Below, one piece after another: positions 17,573 through 26,266 of a stretch of DNA of 40,517 nt; position 1 is the first letter of the stretch, and each line of letters starts with the position of its first letter. The notes under the pieces are model-generated. The model searched no databases, was not told where the DNA came from, and was given only the letters and a program-made list of their open reading frames with translations. Position numbers and translations under genes: made by a program. Source of the DNA: Bacteroidales bacterium (GTDB taxonomy: Bacteria > Bacteroidota > Bacteroidia > Bacteroidales > P3); assembly GCA_012837565.1 (NCBI GenBank), contig DUQY01000066.1, forward strand, positions 1 through 40,517, in the 5' to 3' direction.

Positions 17573-17979
17573 TGTTTCAATTCACTAAGAGAGAAAAACT
17601 ATGTAATAGGACTGAAATACAAAACCTATTTACAAAAGGACAAAGCTTTCTAGTCTATCCTTTTAGTGTGAGATATACTATCAAAGATAATACTATTTCC
17701 CCTAAGGTTAAGGTCTTGTTATTGTCTCCCAAAAGATATCAAAAACTAGCTGTTAGCAGAAACAGGGTTAAACGATTAATTAGAGAAACTTATAGGTTAA
17801 GTAAAGACAGTATTATTAAATTTGCTAAGCAAGAAGCTTGCGATATTAATATTTCAATATCGTTGGTTAGTAAAGATATCCCTACTTATTATTTGGTTGA
17901 CGAGTCAATGAAGAAGATATTAAATAGAATAATTATTAATACTAAGGATGATATTGAAAAGAATTGTCAAAATAATTAA
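17572..17979 (+). CDS. rnpA: ribonuclease P protein component
   Basis: 135 aa, basic. The RNR-like motif [12 protein letters not shown] is present, and it is followed by yidD as in most bacteria. Confidence 0.85.
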   Translation: MFQFTKREKLCNRTEIQNLFTKGQSFLVYPFSVRYTIKDNTISPKVKVLLLSPKRYQKLAVSRNRVKRLIRETYRLSKDSIIKFAKQEACDINISISLVSKDIPTYYLVDESMKKILNRIIINTKDDIEKNCQNN

Positions 17980-18196
17980 CAGGTTTTTTTATTATATATT
18001 TATTGGTATTATAAGGTTTTATCAATCAGCTATATCACCACATACACCAGCTACATGTAGGTTTGCCCCAACATGTTCTCAGTACTCACTTGAAGCGATA
18101 AAAAAACATGGACCTTTTAAGGGAGGCTGGCTTGCTTTAAAGAGGATATTTAGATGTCATCCGTGGGGAGGAAGTGGATACGATCCTGTTCCCTAA
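17948..18196 (+). CDS. yidD: membrane protein insertion efficiency factor YidD
   Basis: 82 aa with the YidD signature YQ.AISP....[20 protein letters not shown]...RI.RCHPW. Confidence 0.9.
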   Translation: MILKRIVKIINRFFYYIFIGIIRFYQSAISPHTPATCRFAPTCSQYSLEAIKKHGPFKGGWLALKRIFRCHPWGGSGYDPVP

Positions 18197-18201
18197 AAAG
18201 T

Positions 18202-18636
18202 TTAGAATGGCAAGTCGCCTAAGTCATCACCCTCTGGTAATTCATTAATAATACTCGATAGATTTATTTCTGCATTATTAATACGATTTGTATCATTTTG
18301 AGGGTTATTACTTTTAGATAGAACAGTAAAAGTATCGGCAATTATGTCAACAAAGTACTTCTTATTCCCTTCTTTGTCATCCCATTGTCGAGATCTTATT
18401 TTACCTTCAAGATAAATTTGCATACCTTTCTTTAATACTTTCTCAGCATTTTCTGCTATATTATTCCAACAAACAATGTTATGCCATTCAGTTTGTTCAA
18501 CTTTATGACCATCCTTGTTTTTATACGATTCGTTAGTTGCCAAACTAAAAGTAGCTTTCTTTATTCCATCAAAAACTAAAATATCAGGGTCTTTTCCCAG
18601 ATTCCCAATTAAAATTACTTTATTAACTCCAGCCAT
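18202..18636 (-). CDS. ssb: single-stranded DNA-binding protein
   Basis: 144 aa. OB-fold N-terminus (MAGVNKVILIGNLGKDP...TEWHNIV.W) and an acidic tail ending in DDLGDLPF. Confidence 0.92.
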   Translation of the reverse strand: MAGVNKVILIGNLGKDPDILVFDGIKKATFSLATNESYKNKDGHKVEQTEWHNIVCWNNIAENAEKVLKKGMQIYLEGKIRSRQWDDKEGNKKYFVDIIADTFTVLSKSNNPQNDTNRINNAEINLSSIINELPEGDDLGDLPF

Positions 18637-18687
18637 AATCCAATTTATTTTTTAAATTTAATGATAGAAAACAAGTATTTAATGATG

Positions 18688-18695
18688 CAAATATA
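18688..18695 (-). promoter_or_regulatory. -7 promoter element (TATATTTG on the minus strand) for ssb
   Basis: The plus strand reads CAAATATA, the reverse complement of TAnnTTTG. It lies about 50 nt upstream of the ssb ATG. Confidence 0.5.
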
Positions 18696-18929
18696 TAAAA
18701 TAGTTTTAATAAGTTCCTATTTCAAGTTATTAATGCAATCAATTAATAATAAATGACTAAAGTATAATAAATTTGTTTTTCTAATCAAATTAGAACGAAG
18801 CCCTCTTAAGTCTCTATCAAACAATGTTATATGAAGATGCTTGACCTTTTTGAAAAAAAGTAAATAGCAAAAAAAAAATTAAACTGATTGAAAATGAACA
18901 AATTTGTTTTGTTTGAAAAAATGTTTTTA

Positions 18930-18937
18930 TATCTTTG
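18930..18937 (+). promoter_or_regulatory. -7 promoter element (TATCTTTG) for the HU operon
   Basis: Exact TAnnTTTG match about 80 nt upstream of the ATG at 19017. Confidence 0.5.
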
Positions 18938-19016
18938 CAAAATGTTTATAATCAAAAAATGGTTAGACAAATTGAAATTAAAGGATTAATTTTTAATTAA
19001 ATAAGTATAAAAAGAA

Positions 19017-19301
19017 ATGACAAAAGCTGAAATCGTAGCAGAAATTGCACAAAGAACAGGATTAGAGAAAGTTAACATTCAAGCGACTGTTGAAACTTTT
19101 ATGGAAGTTATCAAGGATTCTCTTGGAAAAGGTAATAATGTATATTTAAGGGGCTTTGGAAGCTTTATCATTAAAAGAAGAGCAGAAAAAACAGGAAGAA
19201 ACATCTCAAAAGGAACAACTGTTATCATTCCTGCACATAATATCCCATCATTCAAGCCTTCAAAGACTTTTATGAATGAGATTAAAGTAAACGTAAAATA
19301 A
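19017..19301 (+). CDS. HU/IHF-family DNA-binding protein
   Basis: 94 aa. HU fold signature: MTKAEIVAEIA...V..F......L..G..V.LRGFGSF..K.RAE..GRN...G....IPA...P.FKPSK. Confidence 0.9.
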   Translation: MTKAEIVAEIAQRTGLEKVNIQATVETFMEVIKDSLGKGNNVYLRGFGSFIIKRRAEKTGRNISKGTTVIIPAHNIPSFKPSKTFMNEIKVNVK

Positions 19302-19317
19302 TTTAATATTTAAGAAA

Positions 19318-19410
19318 ATGCCAAGCGGAAAGAAAAGAAAAGGCCATAAAATGGCTACTCACAAACGTAAAAAACGTTTGCGTAAGAACAGACATAAGAA
19401 TAAGAAATAG
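19318..19410 (+). CDS. 30-aa highly basic peptide, candidate bS22-like small ribosomal protein
   Basis: ATG at 19318 to TAG at 19408-19410 gives MPSGKKRKGHKMATHKRKKRLRKNRHKNKK. It starts 16 nt after the HU stop and is followed by a strong intrinsic terminator. The K/R pattern resembles the mycobacterial bS22 / mitochondrial mS38 family. It is too short for the supplied ORF track. Confidence 0.55.
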   Translation: MPSGKKRKGHKMATHKRKKRLRKNRHKNKK

Positions 19411-19461
19411 TTTTCTTAATATGTTTTGATTTATAGAAATATAATTTCAAAAATGCAAATG

Positions 19462-19500
19462 TTGCGAAGCATTATTTAGCTTTAATGCTTCGCAATATTT
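19462..19500 (+). terminator. intrinsic terminator of the HU/small-peptide operon
   Basis: Perfect 12-bp stem, TTGCGAAGCATT (19462-19473) with AATGCTTCGCAA (19484-19495), followed by TATTTTT. Confidence 0.8.
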
Positions 19501-19521
19501 TTAATAATATTTACGGCTCCT

Positions 19522-21075
19522 ATGAATAAAGATTTAATAATTGATGTAAAGGATTTGGGAGTTGAAATCGCTTTGCTTGAGGACAAGCAACTTGTAGAAT
19601 TACACCAAGAAAAGAACGAAACAAGTCATCTTGTTGGCGATATCTATTTAGGTACTATTAAGAAGATAATGCCGGGTCTTAATGCCGCATTTGTTGATGT
19701 TGGGCATGAAAAGGATGCATTTCTACACTATCTTGACTTAGGACTTCATTTCAATTCTTTAGATAAATTTACTCGAACTTGTATCAGTGCTGATGCAAAG
19801 AGTGTTTTTATTGAAAAGATGAAATTAGAACCCGATTTAGAAAAAAACGGGAAACTTAATAATGTCTTAAAGCAAGGACAAATTATTTTAGTTCAAATTG
19901 CTAAAGAACCAATATCTACAAAAGGTCCAAGGCTCACCTCTGAGCTTTCTTTTGCGGGAAGATATTTGGTCTTAATTCCATTTTCAAATAAGATTTCTAT
20001 TTCTTCAAAAATTAAAAGTGTTGAAGAAAGAAACAGGCTTAAACGCTTAATCCAAAGTATTCGTCCAAACAATTTTGGCGTAATAATAAGGACAGTTGCC
20101 GAAAATCAAAATGTTGCTGAATTAGATGCAGACTTAAAAGATTTATTATCGAAATGGGATGTAATCTATAAAAAGTTACCTAAGACTCTACCTCCTAATA
20201 AACTTGTTTCTGAGATTGATAAATCAACCGCTATTCTTCGAGACTTATTGTCGGATGATTTTACAAACGTATTTGTAAATAATGCGGATATGTATGAGGA
20301 CTTAAGGTCTTACATGAAAACAATATCTCCAGAGAAAGTTGATTTGGTTCGTCATTATAAATTACAGACTCCAATTTTCGATCAGTTTGGAGTTTCAAAT
20401 CAAATTCGCAATTCTTTTGGTAAGGTTGTAACAATTAGGTCTGGTATTTATTTGGTAATAGAGCAAACAGAAGCAATGTGTGTTGTGGATGTTAATTCAG
20501 GACACAGAAGTAAATCATCGCAAGATCAGGAAGAGAATGCTCTAATGGTTAATATGGAAGCCGCTGAGGAGATTGCCAGGCAGATGAGACTACGCGATAT
20601 TGGAGGAATAATAGTAATAGATTTTATTGATTTAAATATTGCAACCAATAGGAAGCAACTTTTCACTAAAATGACTGAGCTAATGTTAAGGGACAAAGCT
20701 AGACACACTATTTTACCCCTAAGTAAATTCTGTTTGATGCAGATAACACGTCAAAGAGTTAGACCAGTGATAACTTTTGATTTATCTGAGATATGTCCAG
20801 TATGTGGAGGCACAGGCAAGATTAAATCTTCAATAATAATTGTAGATGAGATTGAAAATGATCTAAAATACTTAGTTCAAGAGCAAAACGAAAAAAACTT
20901 AACAATCATCGTTCATCCTTTCGTTCACTCATACCTTACAAAAGGATTCTTTTTATCACGAATAAAGAAATGGGAAAGAACGTATAAATCAAAAATAAAA
21001 TTACTAGAAGATACTAATTTTAGTCTTTTAGAATATCAGTTTTTGAATGCGAACAAGGATGCAATAAAATTATAA
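19522..21075 (+). CDS. rng: Rne/Rng-family ribonuclease (RNase G)
   Basis: 517 aa. S1 domain (GDIYLGTIKKIMPGLNAAFVDVG), DNase I-like region (VVDVNSG) and the zinc-link CPVCGGTG. Confidence 0.9.
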   Translation: MNKDLIIDVKDLGVEIALLEDKQLVELHQEKNETSHLVGDIYLGTIKKIMPGLNAAFVDVGHEKDAFLHYLDLGLHFNSLDKFTRTCISADAKSVFIEKMKLEPDLEKNGKLNNVLKQGQIILVQIAKEPISTKGPRLTSELSFAGRYLVLIPFSNKISISSKIKSVEERNRLKRLIQSIRPNNFGVIIRTVAENQNVAELDADLKDLLSKWDVIYKKLPKTLPPNKLVSEIDKSTAILRDLLSDDFTNVFVNNADMYEDLRSYMKTISPEKVDLVRHYKLQTPIFDQFGVSNQIRNSFGKVVTIRSGIYLVIEQTEAMCVVDVNSGHRSKSSQDQEENALMVNMEAAEEIARQMRLRDIGGIIVIDFIDLNIATNRKQLFTKMTELMLRDKARHTILPLSKFCLMQITRQRVRPVITFDLSEICPVCGGTGKIKSSIIIVDEIENDLKYLVQEQNEKNLTIIVHPFVHSYLTKGFFLSRIKKWERTYKSKIKLLEDTNFSLLEYQFLNANKDAIKL

Positions 21076-21104
21076 TATAACATATTATAGTTTTGAGATA
21101 TTTG

Positions 21105-21135
21105 ACTCTCTTCTTTTAATAGGAGAGAGTTTTTT
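21105..21135 (+). terminator. intrinsic terminator after rng
   Basis: ACTCTCTTC (21105-21113) pairs with GGAGAGAGT (21122-21130): 9 bp with one G.U and an 8-nt loop, followed by TTTTT. Confidence 0.7.
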
Positions 21136-21136
21136 G

Positions 21137-21220
21137 TTTTCTGAATCTTTGTTTTAACTTATTAGTTCTTTGTTTCAGTAAATTACTTCTTTGATTCAAA
21201 AAATCCTTTCAGCGTTTCAA
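21137..21220 (+). repeat. 21-bp-period tandem array, 4 units, core TGTTTCA/CGTTTCA (array B)
   Basis: Units: TTTTCTGAATCTTTGTTTTAA / CTTATTAGTTCTTTGTTTCAG / TAAATTACTTCTTTGATTCAA / AAAATCCTTTCAGCGTTTCAA. The TG/CG of the core is at 21150, 21171, 21192 and 21213. Confidence 0.8.
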
Positions 21221-21224
21221 TTTA

Positions 21225-21617
21225 CTATAATATATAATGCTGACGACTAAGGTCTTTGTTTTGGGATATAAGTCCTAAAAAGAATAAATCTACACTTACA
21301 AGTGTTCGTGGGTCATTAGTAATTTTGTGAAATTCCATATAGGATTCTTTGCTCTGGTATGGGTTTTTTATACAGAGAATAGTTTTGTCGTCGACTTGGT
21401 TTTGGATATTTTGAAATTCAATATAGGAACAAGAAATTTTAATAATGTTTTCTTTTCCAAATTCTTCTTCAAGTGCATGAATTAATTTGTTTGGATTTTT
21501 CCTATTTTTCTTTATTAGTTTGTTGTATAAATCAAACATATAGGGGGAGTGAATAGAATATTCGTTTTTCTTTTTTAATAAATGTAATAGCCTATTTTTC
21601 TGTTTGAATATATTCAT
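21225..21617 (-). CDS. hypothetical protein
   Basis: 130-aa ORF with its own TAnnTTTG promoter (21651-21658). I could not assign a family with confidence. Confidence 0.5.
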   Translation of the reverse strand: MNIFKQKNRLLHLLKKKNEYSIHSPYMFDLYNKLIKKNRKNPNKLIHALEEEFGKENIIKISCSYIEFQNIQNQVDDKTILCIKNPYQSKESYMEFHKITNDPRTLVSVDLFFLGLISQNKDLSRQHYIL

Positions 21618-21650
21618 ATTATAGTATGGTTGTATATTTATTTATAATTG

Positions 21651-21658
21651 CAAAGATA
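21651..21658 (-). promoter_or_regulatory. -7 promoter element (TATCTTTG on the minus strand) for ORF 21225-21617
   Basis: The plus strand reads CAAAGATA, about 35 nt upstream of the ATG at 21617. Confidence 0.5.
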
Positions 21659-21680
21659 AGCTTTTTTGAAATAATTTATT

Positions 21681-21688
21681 TACCTTTG
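21681..21688 (+). promoter_or_regulatory. -7 promoter element (TACCTTTG) for lptB
   Basis: Exact TAnnTTTG match about 80 nt upstream of the ATG at 21768. Confidence 0.45.
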
Positions 21689-21767
21689 CTGATTAAAGAG
21701 GTTAATTATTGACTTTATAATTAATCTGGAATAATAAAATAAAGAATTAAACTGTTTATTCTTAGCG

Positions 21768-22490
21768 ATGAAATTATACACAGAGGAAGTTGTCAAGAAA
21801 TATAGAAAAAGAACCGTTGTTAAAGGAGTTTCAATTGAAGTTAATCAAGGAGAAATTGTTGGGTTATTAGGTCCAAATGGTGCTGGGAAAACAACAACTT
21901 TTTATATGATGGTAGGCTTGATTAAGCCTTATAGTGGGGAAGTTTTTCTTGATGATCAAAGGATAACAGATATGCCAATGTATCAAAGGGCTCAGCTTGG
22001 GGTAGGATATTTAGCTCAAGAGGCTTCTGTTTTTAGAACCCTATCAGTAGAGGATAACATTATGGCAGTTTTGGAATTTAGGGACCTAACTCAAAAAGAA
22101 AGAGTAACCATAATGGAGGATCTACTTAATGAGTTTGGACTTAACCATATTAGAAAAAGTAAGGGTAATCAACTTTCAGGAGGAGAGAGAAGAAGAACAG
22201 AGATTGCAAGAGCCTTAGCGGCTGACCCAAAGTTTATTCTTCTTGATGAGCCTTTTGCTGGGGTTGACCCTATTGCAGTTCAGGATATTCAAACTATTGT
22301 TTCGAAATTAAAAGAAAGAAATATAGGAGTTTTAATAACAGATCACAATGTTCACGAAACTCTTACCATTACCGACAGAGCTTATTTATTATTTGAAGGC
22401 AGTGTTTTGAAAGCTGGAACTCCTAAAGAGCTTGCATCAGATGAGCAAGTTAGAAAGAAGTACTTGGGAGAAAACTTTGAATTACGATAA
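21768..22490 (+). CDS. lptB: LPS export ABC transporter ATP-binding protein LptB
   Basis: 240 aa. Walker [10 protein letters not shown], signature LSGGERRR and Walker [13 protein letters not shown], with the LptB-typical length and C-terminus. Confidence 0.9.
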   Translation: MKLYTEEVVKKYRKRTVVKGVSIEVNQGEIVGLLGPNGAGKTTTFYMMVGLIKPYSGEVFLDDQRITDMPMYQRAQLGVGYLAQEASVFRTLSVEDNIMAVLEFRDLTQKERVTIMEDLLNEFGLNHIRKSKGNQLSGGERRRTEIARALAADPKFILLDEPFAGVDPIAVQDIQTIVSKLKERNIGVLITDHNVHETLTITDRAYLLFEGSVLKAGTPKELASDEQVRKKYLGENFELR

Positions 22491-22501
22491 AAAGGAATAT
22501 T

Positions 22502-23833
22502 ATGCTTTTTATTTTCATAGATAAAATAACAAATAGAGTAGGATATACTTTAAGTTTAATTTTCAAGGATATACTTGGTGTTGATTATAAAATAACAACC
22601 AATAGAGAGGCATTTGAAAGTTATGAAGGTCCTAAATTGTCATATTCTAAAAATAGAATAGCAGATGAACCATTTATTTGTTCAACGGATTTGCTTTTTG
22701 AAACAGTGATTGAAATAAAAGAGCTAAACCTATTTGAATATAAAGGTAATCCTGCAGTGTTTAGAACATATTCAAAGGACTCATTACTGCCTTTTGATAT
22801 TTTTGCAGCTTCTTTTTATTTTGTTTCAAGGTATGAAGAATACCTCCCATTTATTCAGGACAGCCATGGAAGGTTTCGTTACCAAGAAAGCTTTGCTTTT
22901 CAGAACTCTTTCCTTCATAAGCCAATTGTAAATATTTGGGCAAAACTATTAGAGCAAAAGCTTAAGGATATATATCCTGATTTGATATTTACCAAGCATT
23001 ATTTCCGATTCTATAATACTATTGATATTGATTCTGCGTATTCATTTAAGGAAAAAGGGATAGCAAGGAAAGCTGTTGGGTTTATAAGAGATATTATTAG
23101 TGGGAACTTCTCTGAAGTTGTTTATAGATTTAATGTCTTGTTTTTAGGGAGGAAAGATCCTTATGATACTTTCGATTATCAAATCTCTCTAATAAAGAAA
23201 CACAAACTTAAAACAATTTACTTCGTTCTTTTTGGTCATTATGGGAAGTACGATAAAAACATATCGCCATATAATAAGAAGTTTCAGATGCTTATCAAGT
23301 ATCTTTGTGACTATGCAAAGGTTGGAATCCACCCCTCGTATGCCTCTTTTGATGAGGAGGAAGAGTTATATATGCAAATTAAAGAGTTATTACAAGTTAT
23401 ACATAAACCTGTTTTTAGAAGCAGATTTCATTTCTTAAGATTTAGGTTGCCAATATCATTCAGAAGTCTATTAAATAATATGATTACAGATGATTATTCA
23501 ATGGGTTATTCAGATGTTCTTGGATTTAGGGCAGGAATTTGTTCTGGTTATAATTTCTATGATTTAGAGATTGATGGAGAAACAAAACTAAGACTTCATC
23601 CTTTTGCAATTATGGACGTTGCCCTTAGGGATGGAATGCGTTTAAGTCCAAAGGAAGCAATTGAAAAGGTAAAAGAAATTGCTGATGAAGTAATTGAAGT
23701 TGAGGGCGATTTTATTAGTGTTTGGCATAATGAATCGATGTGTGAGAGGTATCAATGGAAGGGTTGGAGAGAGGTTTATGAAAAGATGATAGAATATGTT
23801 TCAGCAGTTGATAGAACACCATTCGAGCAATAG
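22502..23833 (+). CDS. hypothetical protein, possibly polysaccharide deacetylase-like
   Basis: 443 aa with no signal peptide. The central TIDIDSAY and GIHPSY motifs resemble the deacetylase/glycoside hydrolase beta/alpha-barrel superfamily. The assignment is tentative. It lies between lptB and hldD. Confidence 0.35.
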   Translation: MLFIFIDKITNRVGYTLSLIFKDILGVDYKITTNREAFESYEGPKLSYSKNRIADEPFICSTDLLFETVIEIKELNLFEYKGNPAVFRTYSKDSLLPFDIFAASFYFVSRYEEYLPFIQDSHGRFRYQESFAFQNSFLHKPIVNIWAKLLEQKLKDIYPDLIFTKHYFRFYNTIDIDSAYSFKEKGIARKAVGFIRDIISGNFSEVVYRFNVLFLGRKDPYDTFDYQISLIKKHKLKTIYFVLFGHYGKYDKNISPYNKKFQMLIKYLCDYAKVGIHPSYASFDEEEELYMQIKELLQVIHKPVFRSRFHFLRFRLPISFRSLLNNMITDDYSMGYSDVLGFRAGICSGYNFYDLEIDGETKLRLHPFAIMDVALRDGMRLSPKEAIEKVKEIADEVIEVEGDFISVWHNESMCERYQWKGWREVYEKMIEYVSAVDRTPFEQ

Positions 23834-23891
23834 TATGGAACATAAAGAAAGAATAATCGTATAAGTTTCACAATTCACAATATTAATAATT

Positions 23892-24857
23892 ATGATAGTA
23901 GTTACAGGAGCAGCAGGTTTTATAGGAAGTTGTATGGTAAGTAAGTTGAATAAACTTGGAAGGAATGATATTATTATTGTTGATGATTTCAAGAAAAAAT
24001 CAAAGAAAAGCAATTACTCTAACCTTCAATATGCCAAAAAAATAGATAGAAACGAGTTTATAAGTTGGTTTGAAAAGAACGCAAGAAACATTGAATTTGT
24101 CTATCACTTAGGTGCAAGAACCGATACAACAGAGTCAGATTGGAAGGTCTTGTTAGATTTGAACCTTAACTATTCTAAGAATATTTGGAGGATTTGTACA
24201 TTTAATACTATTCCTTTGGTTTATGCATCTTCCGCAGCAACCTATGGAGAAGGAGAAAATGGATATGATGATAATCAAGATATAATTCCAAACCTAAAGC
24301 CGCTTAACCTTTACGGGCAATCAAAGCAAGATTTTGACTTATGGGTTCTAAAACAAGAGAACAAACCTCCTTTCTGGGCAGGCTTGAAGTTCTTCAATGT
24401 TTATGGACCAAATGAATACCATAAACAAAGAATGGCTTCTGTTATCTTTCATTCATTTAATCAAATAAATGAACAAGGATTTGTTAAACTATTCCGCTCA
24501 CATCGACCAGACTTTAAGGATGGAAAACAATTAAGAGACTTTATTTACGTTAAGGACTTGATTTCAGTAATGGCATTTATGTTTGAAAACGATATGGAAT
24601 CGGGAGTTTACAATTTAGGCACAGGTAAGGCAAGAAGCTTTTATGACTTGGCTCTAGCTACATTTAAGGCTATGGGCAAGGAAGCAAATGTTGAGTTTAT
24701 TGATATCCCAATTGACATTAGAGATAAATACCAATACTTTACTGAAGCTAAGATGGAAAAACTTATTAATGCTGGATACAAAGAGAAGTTTCACACATTA
24801 GAGGAAGGTGTCCAGGATTACGTGAAAAATTATTTAATGACAAAATTATACTATTAA
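23892..24857 (+). CDS. hldD: ADP-L-glycero-D-manno-heptose 6-epimerase
   Basis: 321 aa. It aligns by eye along its full length to E. coli HldD/RfaD: MIVVTGAAGFIGS, YASSAATYG, LNLYGQSK, FFNVYGPNE.HK..MASV, RDFIYV.D and NLGTG.ARSF. Confidence 0.88.
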   Translation: MIVVTGAAGFIGSCMVSKLNKLGRNDIIIVDDFKKKSKKSNYSNLQYAKKIDRNEFISWFEKNARNIEFVYHLGARTDTTESDWKVLLDLNLNYSKNIWRICTFNTIPLVYASSAATYGEGENGYDDNQDIIPNLKPLNLYGQSKQDFDLWVLKQENKPPFWAGLKFFNVYGPNEYHKQRMASVIFHSFNQINEQGFVKLFRSHRPDFKDGKQLRDFIYVKDLISVMAFMFENDMESGVYNLGTGKARSFYDLALATFKAMGKEANVEFIDIPIDIRDKYQYFTEAKMEKLINAGYKEKFHTLEEGVQDYVKNYLMTKLYY

Positions 24858-24861
24858 CTAT

Positions 24862-25380
24862 ATGAACTATAAAGCTAAACTACACTCAATAAAAGCATTT
24901 ATTTTTGATTATGATGGAGTATTAACTGATGGGTTTTTGATGGTAAGTGACCATAATAATATATTTCGAAGCGGAAATGTTAAGGATGGTTATGCGATTC
25001 AATACGCAATACGAAAAGGTTATGAAATTGCTATTATATCAGGTGGAAATGGTGAAAGCATATTAGCAAGAATGCAAATGTTGGGAATAAAAGATGTTTA
25101 CACTAGCTCATCAAACAAGAAAGAAGTATACTTTAACTACTTAAAAGAAAAAGGGTACAAATCAGAAGAAATACTCTATATGGGAGACGATATCCCAGAT
25201 TACGATGTAATGGTTGAGGCAGGAGTATCAACTTGCCCTGCAGATGCAGTTGAGGAGATTAAGTCAGTAGCAGATTATATTTCACATAAGAATGGAGGCC
25301 AGGGTTGTGTAAGGGACGTGATAGAACAGGTTATGAGATTGCATAATCAATGGTTTCATGAAGAAGCAAAAGCATGGTAA
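24862..25380 (+). CDS. kdsC: KDO 8-phosphate phosphatase (HAD-IIIA)
   Basis: 172 aa. HAD motif I FDYDGVLTD, and GDD..D near the C-terminus. The size matches KdsC. Confidence 0.8.
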   Translation: MNYKAKLHSIKAFIFDYDGVLTDGFLMVSDHNNIFRSGNVKDGYAIQYAIRKGYEIAIISGGNGESILARMQMLGIKDVYTSSSNKKEVYFNYLKEKGYKSEEILYMGDDIPDYDVMVEAGVSTCPADAVEEIKSVADYISHKNGGQGCVRDVIEQVMRLHNQWFHEEAKAW

Positions 25381-26063
25381 AGTTATTTAGGCCTTTTATA
25401 ATAGTATTAATCTTAATGATTCCTCTTTTTGGTTATTCACAACCAAAGGTAGGTAAGAAATTTGAGAATAGGAAGGCCACTTTTTATCATAATAAGTTCG
25501 TCAATAGGAGAACTTCATCGGGGGAGAAATTCGTTCAAACCAAATATACTGCAGCACATAAAACAATTCCATTAAACACCCTAGTAAAAGTAACGAATCA
25601 AAATAATGGACGTTCAGTTATTGTGAAGGTAAATGACCGTTGTCCTAAGAGAGGAGTTATAGACTTATCTCTTGTTGCGGCAAAGAGATTAAAGATGATT
25701 GAAAAAGGCGTTGCATCAGTGGTAATTGAAATTTTAAGTGACGATTACTTAGATATTTGGCAAAAACAAGATGAAATATTTAATATGTTCGATCGTATTG
25801 AGGAAAAAGACAGCTTAAATACTAGTTGTTTTGATTCAAGTATTATTGGAAATTCAATGATGTTTTTAGGATGTTTTCCTAACATAAAACCTATTCAAAT
25901 ATCCAAACTTGAAATGCAGGTTAAGCAAAGTTGGACAAATATCGAACTATCAAGCAAATATGCGGGTAATATAAGGGTTTTGCCTTATGATAAAAAGCAA
26001 TATTCTTGTGAAAATATAGGGTACTTTAATCCATTAAATTCATTTAATAATGTTGTCATATAG
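25374..26063 (+). CDS. RlpA-like (DPBB domain) lytic transglycosylase family protein
   Basis: 229 aa. Signal peptide, then ATFYHNKF.NRRTSSGEKF....YTAAHKTIPLNTLVKVTN..NGRSVIVKVNDRCP, the RlpA double-psi beta-barrel signature. The C-terminal half is unassigned. Confidence 0.8.
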   Translation: MVKLFRPFIIVLILMIPLFGYSQPKVGKKFENRKATFYHNKFVNRRTSSGEKFVQTKYTAAHKTIPLNTLVKVTNQNNGRSVIVKVNDRCPKRGVIDLSLVAAKRLKMIEKGVASVVIEILSDDYLDIWQKQDEIFNMFDRIEEKDSLNTSCFDSSIIGNSMMFLGCFPNIKPIQISKLEMQVKQSWTNIELSSKYAGNIRVLPYDKKQYSCENIGYFNPLNSFNNVVI

Positions 26064-26140
26064 TCTAAGGAAAAGTATCGTCAAATGTAAATTTAAAAAA
26101 ATAAAAATACAGAATAGTTTTTTATTATAAAATTTATTTT

Positions 26141-26148
26141 TACTTTTG
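26141..26148 (+). promoter_or_regulatory. -7 promoter element (TACTTTTG) upstream of the porP-gldKLMN cluster
   Basis: Exact TAnnTTTG match about 120 nt upstream of the ATG at 26267. Confidence 0.45.
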
Positions 26149-26266
26149 CAAGACACATTTTCTTGAATTATTATGTTGTAAAAGAGCTAAACAATTAATA
26201 ATTATAGTAAAATAATAATAATTACCATTATAGTAGATGGTATTTACATTGCATTTATAATATATT

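Noticed and set aside
18779-18800. Possible solitary members of the repeat family in the ssb-HU spacer (TTCTAATCAAATTAGAACGAAG, and TTTGTTTTGTTTGAAA near 18903-18918).
   Set aside because: These are only 6-8 nt resemblances to the core, with no 21-bp phasing, and are indistinguishable from background in AT-rich promoter DNA.
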